Part shown: piece after piece, positions 56,721-64,000 of the stretch
Position numbering within the stretch: position 1 is the stretch's first letter
Layout of the letters: every line of letters begins with the position of its first letter
Assembly (NCBI GenBank): GCA_012295275.1
Contig: CM022675.1
Span: forward strand, 17,360,001 to 17,424,000
DNA length: 64,000 nt
DNA from: Chrysomallon squamiferum
Taxonomy: Eukaryota > Animalia > Mollusca
Reading direction: 5' to 3'
Program-made: the position numbers and the translations under genes
Notes under the pieces: generated by a model
The model's input: only the letters and a program-made list of their open reading frames with translations
Database searches by the model: none
Told to the model about the DNA's origin: nothing

Positions 56721-57418
56721 AAAATGAGCTAAACAAATAAATTAAATAAATAAATAAATAAATAAATAAAATCCTTTATCTTCCTTTAAAATTAGTTACA
56801 TGAAGTTTGTCGCTGAAAGTAAGCTGTCATAATAATAGAATAATATAATAATACATTACGTTTAGGACCAATAATGTTCATTAAGTGAACTTCAAAATGT
56901 ATTAATTAATAAATTTCATCAAATTCAATAAAAATAAATATGAACGATTCTACGTACAAAGTGTGTGCGTTAGTACATGTGTACGAATATGAGTGAATGA
57001 GTGTGCATTAATGTACCCATTCTTGCATAGACAGATCAGCATGATGTATATATTATATTGTAGATAAGTATAACTATATAATGGAAGGACATCCACCATG
57101 TAAAAAAAAGCCCAGGCTAGATCAAACTAAATATTAATGGGTAGTTTATTAGCTTTAGTTTGAAAACTTTCCTTGATGGCCGACAGGTGAAGCTAACAAA
57201 TAATGTACATAGTTTATGAAATCAAATTAAATGTAGATCGGAAATGTTATCGTTTAAAATGTGTTGTATTTTCTGGATTATCTCTAGTTTAAAATGTATT
57301 GTGGTATTTTGCTGCCCGGTTGAATGTTTATAATTCGTATCTGCCTTGAGCTCGGATTTCGTTTCAGTGACAGGAAATATGGAATATTTTAATATTATAG
57401 TGGTAGAGTGGCTAGCAC

Positions 57419-57454
<36 letters not shown>

Positions 57455-58310
57455 ATTCATTTGTTGTTGTTGTTATTATTATTGTATCAAATATAGCACA
57501 TAAAATATTTTCTTTGGCAACACACTATTTCCATTTCTTTTTTGTTTTTTCTTTTTTTATGGATTAAAATGCAATCGAAAAACAATAAAGACACCATTGC
57601 GTGTGCGTGCGTGCATGTATGAATGTGTGTGAATGTATGTTTCTTTTTTCCATGTGGAGATGGAATATGTGAAGGGAGATAACTCTCACCGTTCTACAGG
57701 TTTTGTAGTCTAATGTTTTTTAGATCTATTAGCTTTCTTTGAAATCATATTTAAAATAATTCTTTGAGATAATTTATGGATTATGAAATTACTCATTTAA
57801 GTAAATTATACTTTGCTAATCAAATCAGTTTTTATTATTGTGGGTTTTTTTTTTCTTCTTTTTGTTTTCTCTACGATATCTACAGCGCATGAGGGGGCGT
57901 CAAAGCTTTTTTTTTCTACTAGCTTTACTTGCAGTTGTAGTGGTTGTAGTAATAGTAATATATATATTTATATTTATTCATTATTATTCGTAATTTTAAT
58001 TTTTTCCTTTATATATTTATTGATGGTGTTTTTATTATTTTCACCATTTGCTACAATTTTAATCACTTACCTACCGTTATTATTACTACTATTAATACTA
58101 AAATTAATTTTACCACTTTTGCTATTAATCTAATACTAGTACTACTGTTAATACTCCACCAATTACTACTGCTACTGCTATTAATACATCCACTCCATTA
58201 TGCTGCTAATTCTACTATTATTTCTTAGATGGATATAACACGAAAAAGTATGTTCATTAATTAACACTATGGGAACTTACTTTCGTAACTTTGTAATCAT
58301 AACTCATCTG

Positions 58311-58621
58311 ACATATTGTTTATTCTCTTCTTCATCCGCTAAACCAGCATACTTTGAATATCGTTTCTGTTTCGTTCATTTGGCACTGGGTAGTATGGAT
58401 CTCCAGAATCGGTAGAATACTCTCTCACTATTGTTGTTCCATTGACATCTTTATTATACAGATGTTTATATTCAACAATTCTTGTAAAGTTTTCAGGACC
58501 CTGTGGGTAGTTTACGACGACATTGGGCTGGAAAAATGGCTGATTTAAGTGAATAGTTTCAAATTTAATAGACCGATATTCTAGCTTTTCCAGCCCAGAG
58601 GAAGCAAAGTATTAAATCTAA
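58311..58621 (-). pseudogene. Partial direct duplicate of the UDP-galactopyranose mutase coding sequence (matches ~59637-59946)
   Basis: Near-identical core encoding YFASSGLEKLEYRSIKFETIHLNQ...GDPYYPVPNERNRN, a 1-nt deletion near 58360 and a more diverged tail. No start or FAD-binding domain. Confidence 0.9.
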
Positions 58622-58755
58622 TAAAACGAATATTAATTGTTTATTTCTATTTATGACACACAAAAAAAAAAAAAAAAAAGAAGCCTACTGTAAAATGTTA
58701 CGAAAGCGAATAATACAGTTTTAGAAACAAAATGTAAAAGCAATGAAAGTTTATT

Positions 58756-60930
58756 TCAGCACTCATCAATATGAGGATAGCGGAATAATAAAGTCCACAT
58801 CCGTTCGATTATGTGACCAGTTATTGGATTGTTTGATTTTGAAAGTTCGACATACCATGATATCAGCAGGTTTCTATATAGAGACAATTTTCTTCGTAAT
58901 AAGACATCCGTTACTACGAACTCCCCTCGGTAATTACTGTGAAATTCTAAACAGTTTTGTTTAGATTTTGTAATTTGATAAAAATACTCACAAGTCTGTT
59001 GTTCAATTCGTTTAGCACTCCAGTCTAAGTAATCAGATTTTAAATCAAAACATTTGTAATCTCCAAATGAAAAGTAGTGATTTCTAAGAGTTTTGCTTTC
59101 AGAATAAATCCTATCTCTTTTTTTGAAGTTCAAAAGTTGTTTCATTTGATCAACAGCTTCAAAGATATTCATTGTTGGTACTTCTTTCGCCCCCTGAACA
59201 AATATGTTCAAATCAACAAACATCGACTGTTTCACCATCATGTGATACAACCACGTATGACCTTCTCTGCCAACGTTTGGCAGCGACGTTTGCTGAATAT
59301 TGCATCTTGGATACTGTGCTGCTAAAACAGCACCCTGTCGTACTTGATTGCACTTTTCATATATAAAAGTAATAACTTTATGGTTATAACATAGCTTAAA
59401 AATGTCTTTAGAAAACCAAGATAAATCTTCCGAACAATGACTAATGACAAGAGCTACAGAAAGTTTGCCATTTGCCTGAGGAAAAACTTCATTAGCTTCA
59501 GATAAACTCTTAGGAAACAGTTGTTTCTCTGAAAATGAAATATCAGAATAAGCTCTTTTAAACTGGTTGATGGCATTAAGAACTGCTTGATCCATATTGA
59601 AATATTTGTAACTGGCAAGACGACCAACAAAATATACATTATTTTGTTTTTCTTCTTTTTCCGCCAGAGCAGCATACTTTGAATACACGTTTCTGTTTCG
59701 TTCATTTGGCACTGGGTAGTATGGATCTCCAGAATCGGTAGAATACTCTCTCACTATTGTTGTTCCATTGACATCTTTATTATACAGATGTTTATATTCA
59801 ACAATTCTTGTAAAGTTTTCAGGACCCTGTGGGTAGTTTACGACGACATTGGGCTGGAAAAATGGCTGATTTAAATGAATAGTTTCAAATTTAATAGACC
59901 GATATTCTAGCTTTTCCAGCCCAGAAGAAGCAAAGTATGAATCTATGGGACCGGTAAAAAATGTCTTGCTAAAATGTTTAACTGAAATTTTTTTTGTACT
60001 GGTCAGATGAAAAAAATCGGTATTAAGATGAACTGAAATTAATTTGTGATTCAACATTTGTGAAATCATAGCAGTGTATCCGTCTCCAGGCAACGCCTGA
60101 TAGTCATCATCTGGAAAATAACGATCATCAAAATTGTCTCGAACTGGAATGCGTTGAAGAACTGAGGCATCCAAGTCTTTAGGATATTTAGACCATTGCT
60201 TGTATGTGTAACCTTTGAACAGTTTATCAAAGAGAACTTCTCCAACTCGTGCCTTGGCAGCTTCTTCTCCGTTCTTTGGACGGTCATTTCGTATCTGATG
60301 TTTTTTCAGCCATTTTTTCATTTCCTGCTGATTTTTTATTGATTCGCCAAAAAGCATATTCACTGTGACTATGTTGACTGGAATAGGAACGTAATTTCCA
60401 TCGACATTGGCGACCACTCTATGTTCATAAGGAATCCACGTTGAAAACTGAGACAGGTAGCGCCAAACAAGAGAATTTTTCGTATGGAATAGATGTGCTC
60501 CATATTTGGAAACTCTAATACCGCGTTCATTGATGTAGTCGTAACAGTTTCCTCCTATGTGATCCCTTTTCTCAATTATCAGAACTTTCTTTTTTAGAAG
60601 TGTTGCATGAAGGTGAGCTAGAACTGCCCCTGACAGACCAGACCCCACTATTAAAATGTCAGCAGATGCTATTTCCTTCTTGGAAAAATGTTCTGTTTTA
60701 TTTTTATTTCTTGATGTTTCTACTGAACGAGAGAGGTTGTTCATATGATTAGCAATAAAATCTTTTGTATCAGTTTCTGTCAAAAATATTTGCTGAGTTT
60801 TATATATACGATGTACTTCTAGGTGAGAAACCGGAAAAAAATTCGAAATTAATATCCAGCCACTTAACAGAGACAATGCTAATAGAAAAAATAAACATTG
60901 TTTTGTGTTTTTCATACTGGCAGTCCTCAT
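58756..60930 (-). CDS. glf: Membrane-anchored bacterial-type UDP-galactopyranose mutase fused to a C-terminal DUF3431-like domain (724 aa from the first ATG)
   Basis: Uninterrupted ORF. The track start at 60951 is TTG; the first ATG is at 60930 and the next at 60915. Hydrophobic segment CLFFLLALSLLSGWILISNFF. Glf motifs: ILIVGSGLSG, EKRDHIGGNCYD, YGAHLFHT, YTYKQW, RIPVR..FDDRYF, TGPIDSYF, LEYRS, FTRIVEYKH, GDPYYPVP, GRLASYKYFNMDQ. C-terminal motifs VISHCSEDLSWF, LPNVGREGHTWLYHM, IFVQG and GHIIERMW fit the DUF3431 pattern. Confidence 0.92.
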   Translation of the reverse strand: MRTASMKNTKQCLFFLLALSLLSGWILISNFFPVSHLEVHRIYKTQQIFLTETDTKDFIANHMNNLSRSVETSRNKNKTEHFSKKEIASADILIVGSGLSGAVLAHLHATLLKKKVLIIEKRDHIGGNCYDYINERGIRVSKYGAHLFHTKNSLVWRYLSQFSTWIPYEHRVVANVDGNYVPIPVNIVTVNMLFGESIKNQQEMKKWLKKHQIRNDRPKNGEEAAKARVGEVLFDKLFKGYTYKQWSKYPKDLDASVLQRIPVRDNFDDRYFPDDDYQALPGDGYTAMISQMLNHKLISVHLNTDFFHLTSTKKISVKHFSKTFFTGPIDSYFASSGLEKLEYRSIKFETIHLNQPFFQPNVVVNYPQGPENFTRIVEYKHLYNKDVNGTTIVREYSTDSGDPYYPVPNERNRNVYSKYAALAEKEEKQNNVYFVGRLASYKYFNMDQAVLNAINQFKRAYSDISFSEKQLFPKSLSEANEVFPQANGKLSVALVISHCSEDLSWFSKDIFKLCYNHKVITFIYEKCNQVRQGAVLAAQYPRCNIQQTSLPNVGREGHTWLYHMMVKQSMFVDLNIFVQGAKEVPTMNIFEAVDQMKQLLNFKKRDRIYSESKTLRNHYFSFGDYKCFDLKSDYLDWSAKRIEQQTCEYFYQITKSKQNCLEFHSNYRGEFVVTDVLLRRKLSLYRNLLISWYVELSKSNNPITGHIIERMWTLLFRYPHIDEC

Positions 60931-62425
60931 TGTCACCAAGATTATATACAAAAAGTTTTCAATAAGAATCCTTCAAGCATGGATATATCAAATCCGTAAT
61001 CGTGGTCTTTTTTGTGTGTAGGGTTTATTAAAATATATGTATCAGATTTTAGTATCAATAACAATAAAACAATCTTTTAAAAACTAAAAGAAATCGAAAT
61101 AGAAATTTAAGTATCAGGTTTTGATTTTTAAAGTTTGATTTTGTCTGAATTCAGTTTTTTTTTTTCTTATATAGCTATATCTTATGATCTTTCTTCTATC
61201 ATGATAAATCCTGAAAAAGAAGTAGAAATGTAGAAAGAACCTGTAAATATATATATATTGTTTCTTTTCATTTTTTTATTACCAAACCTTTCAGGAGTCA
61301 CTTAATACGACAACGTCAAATAATGTAACTGTAAGTATGTCTTGGAATACGGCTGACTGTGAACACACAGCTACTAAACTAACAGTACTGATATTAAATG
61401 TCAGCTTTACAAGAAAAGGTGTTTCGCCTCAGCCTGCTGACCTTTTTGTCTCGTGGTGCCATGATTCAGCTTGAATAGAGTATTGATTAAATGAGAAACA
61501 TCAGGTAGACTGTTGTCAGTACCCTGCACGGTAGAAGCCCGTCGACACTGTTATTCTAAGTGTATTTATTTACTTAATTATTAATAGATAATGTGATTAA
61601 TTACAACAAAGTGTTAGCAAAGCCAGTTTTTTTATATATATATATATAATTTTCCTAAAATATTGGTGAATGTTATTTTAAAATGAAAGTTTGTCTTAGC
61701 AGTAGCTAGACATATTGACAAAACAATAAAAATATGTAACAGCTACGTTCTTGGTGTGTGTGTGTGTGTATGTGTGTGTGTGTGTGTGTATATATTAGCA
61801 TATTTCTTTGTAAAACAGTTTGATATATATTGCATTTGCAAAATATATTGCTATACATGAATCCTGTGCGATTATAGTCATTAAGAACAAACGAATACTT
61901 TTTACTGCTAGAAACATAAAATGAAATAAAACTTACCGTAAGTCCACTAGCATGTTAAAACGCATAGGTAACTAGGAGTCATTGATCTAAACATGAAAAC
62001 ACGGAACACCGATCTACGCGAGTCAGTGGCCATGGCAATAAAACAACAATAACTAAGCACTGATTATACTGGCCTTCATACAGACAACCCCGCTTTAACA
62101 AACTCTATTTAAATCTTAGCTACAAACATTAACTTATCATGTCCAGCTTTCATTATAATTGTTATTGTTGTTTATTACTGATGCAATCGTATTGTTGGCT
62201 GAAGCATATTTAACAACATTGATAATGATAGTAACAATACTTTTTTAATAATAATAATTTGTAGTTTGATACAATGTCAAAATCAAAAAATAGCACAAGA
62301 AACAAAACAAGTTAAGTCGAAGCGATAAAGGTAGCCATATAGCCACTATTATTTACTTGGTAATTAAGTAAATTGAATATATTTCAACTGCTACAGTATG
62401 ATTTTTTTTTTTTTATATATTTCAG

Positions 62426-62440
62426 GTCGATTCAGTCAAG
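62426..62440 (+). other. Candidate isolated 15-nt plus-strand micro-exon
   Basis: T-rich tract + tttcag | GTCGATTCAGTCAAG | gtaagg. No partner exons identified. Confidence 0.3.
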
Positions 62441-64000
62441 GTAAGGATGTGGGTATACATCGTATTTCTGACAGGACCTTATCTGGGGAGATTTTTTTAA
62501 TGTAACAATTTGTATGGCATTATTAACAGCAGATATTCTTTGTTTCCTTATTCTTCTTCTTACAGAATATGTAACTATTACGACATTCATACCACTATGT
62601 CATTACAGTTTTGACGTAGACTTGAAATAGATGGCTAAAACTAGGATAAAACGCTTGTTTGACGCGCAAGATCGATTTCACTGATTTAACTTTCATTAAA
62701 ACCAGTGCTTAAGACTGGCTTATCAAAGGCTATGGAATTTGTTTTCCGGTCTATGAAAAGGTGCTTATATGAAATAACAATCGTCACTCTCTGACCCCAT
62801 ATAAAAAAAGATATATATTAAAAATGTTCCAAGTGTTTTGTTAAATTAAAAAGGTTTAATATTACTGTGATTTGACTATTCTGTATCAATAACAAAAACA
62901 AATTCATTCTATTCAAAGCTTTTGGAAAATACGTTTCGAAAAAGGTAAATTAATGTTGAAAGAAATACATAAATAAATTCAGAGAAGGCAAGAAATAATT
63001 TCATTCTAACTATTATGAAAATTGGAATTTCTTCCTTACCTAGAAAGGAGCATCAAAGTTCGGCTTCTCCCATATGTTCTAGATGAACAAAGAATACTTT
63101 AATTTTAAGTTCGTTTATAATCCTCAACAGATTTGCCTAATTTCTGCTTGACTGACAAAATACAAATAAAATAACCGGTTTTGACTACCAATTCTGAAGG
63201 CCTATTATTTCGCGAACTCAAGATGACCGTCCCAAACAGTCATGAATGCGATCAATATTAAATATCAGACGAGTATTTCGACGCATTGTTATTCCTGTTT
63301 TCCATTATGTTTAACCAAACAAACTGCCATTCCACTGAATTTCTTTCGTACACAATTGAATGAATTCAAGCCTTTATAAAATCAATGATGCGATAAGAAA
63401 TTTGATACTGCATAGACTGCTTTTAAAACTCTCAGGATAAACTGTATTCGACTCACAGACTGTTTCCTTAAAATCATGTCTCGAATCATTTTAATTATTA
63501 ATTTTGTTCAGACTTTAGAATTAGTTTCATGTTACACTGACATTCTTGATATGAAGCTATTGGAATTCTTAGAAATGAATATATTTATTTTATTTCGAAA
63601 AATTAATACTGATAATAAATAATAAAGTCAGTGTTTGCTAGCTGTTACCTACTAAAACCTTTCTGAAGTACATCCTGATATAAGTCAGTTTTCATTAACT
63701 ATATTAATATTTAAGTGGGGTTTTTTCAGTAATATTATAGACAGTCAAACTTGTCTATAACACGCACGGAACTTCACAAAAGTGGCCGTTATGTTTAAGC
63801 CAATACTGACACTGAGAAGAACAATTATATTGTGAGAAATAATATTTTTATTTTATAAGAAAATTTCCACGTTAGTAGACAATAATAATACAAAAAAATA
63901 TTTTATTCACTTTTAAGTCTGTAATTTTGATTGTTTTCTTTGTCGTTCAACAAATGTTTAAAAGTGAATTCACTTGACAGACAATATTTTGCGCACTTAA

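Noticed and set aside
58354-60965. Short ORFs overlapping the mutase gene and its duplicate
   Set aside because: They are shadow frames of the real coding sequence.

Overview
AT-rich, microsatellite-rich eukaryotic DNA with GT-AG introns; it looks like an animal, probably an invertebrate (inference from the transposon remnants). Almost all entries in the ORF track are microsatellite artefacts. (1) The ORF track misses a minus-strand gene of about 95 micro-exons running from 39132 off the left edge of the window. It has a TATA box, a signal-peptide exon and six short leader exons, followed by 27 complete copies of a three-exon module (33+48+51/54 nt, all intron phase 1). The module splices to a ~44-aa Arg/Trp-rich repeat such as RPSRSRIRAYR-RGGKYWRRWLRKHRGR-GRERWWRRWLRRHRRHR, so the window encodes more than 1,300 aa of a secreted, extremely cationic protein that I do not recognise. 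(2) At 58756-60930 on the minus strand is an intronless ORF that fuses an N-terminal membrane anchor, a bacterial-type UDP-galactopyranose mutase (Glf) and a DUF3431-like domain, with a ~300-bp partial copy just downstream. It is a candidate horizontally acquired galactofuranose gene. Between the two genes are decayed L1/Tx1 LINE and MULE fragments, two inverted-repeat pairs and simple repeats. All splicing and translation was done by eye and needs transcript confirmation.
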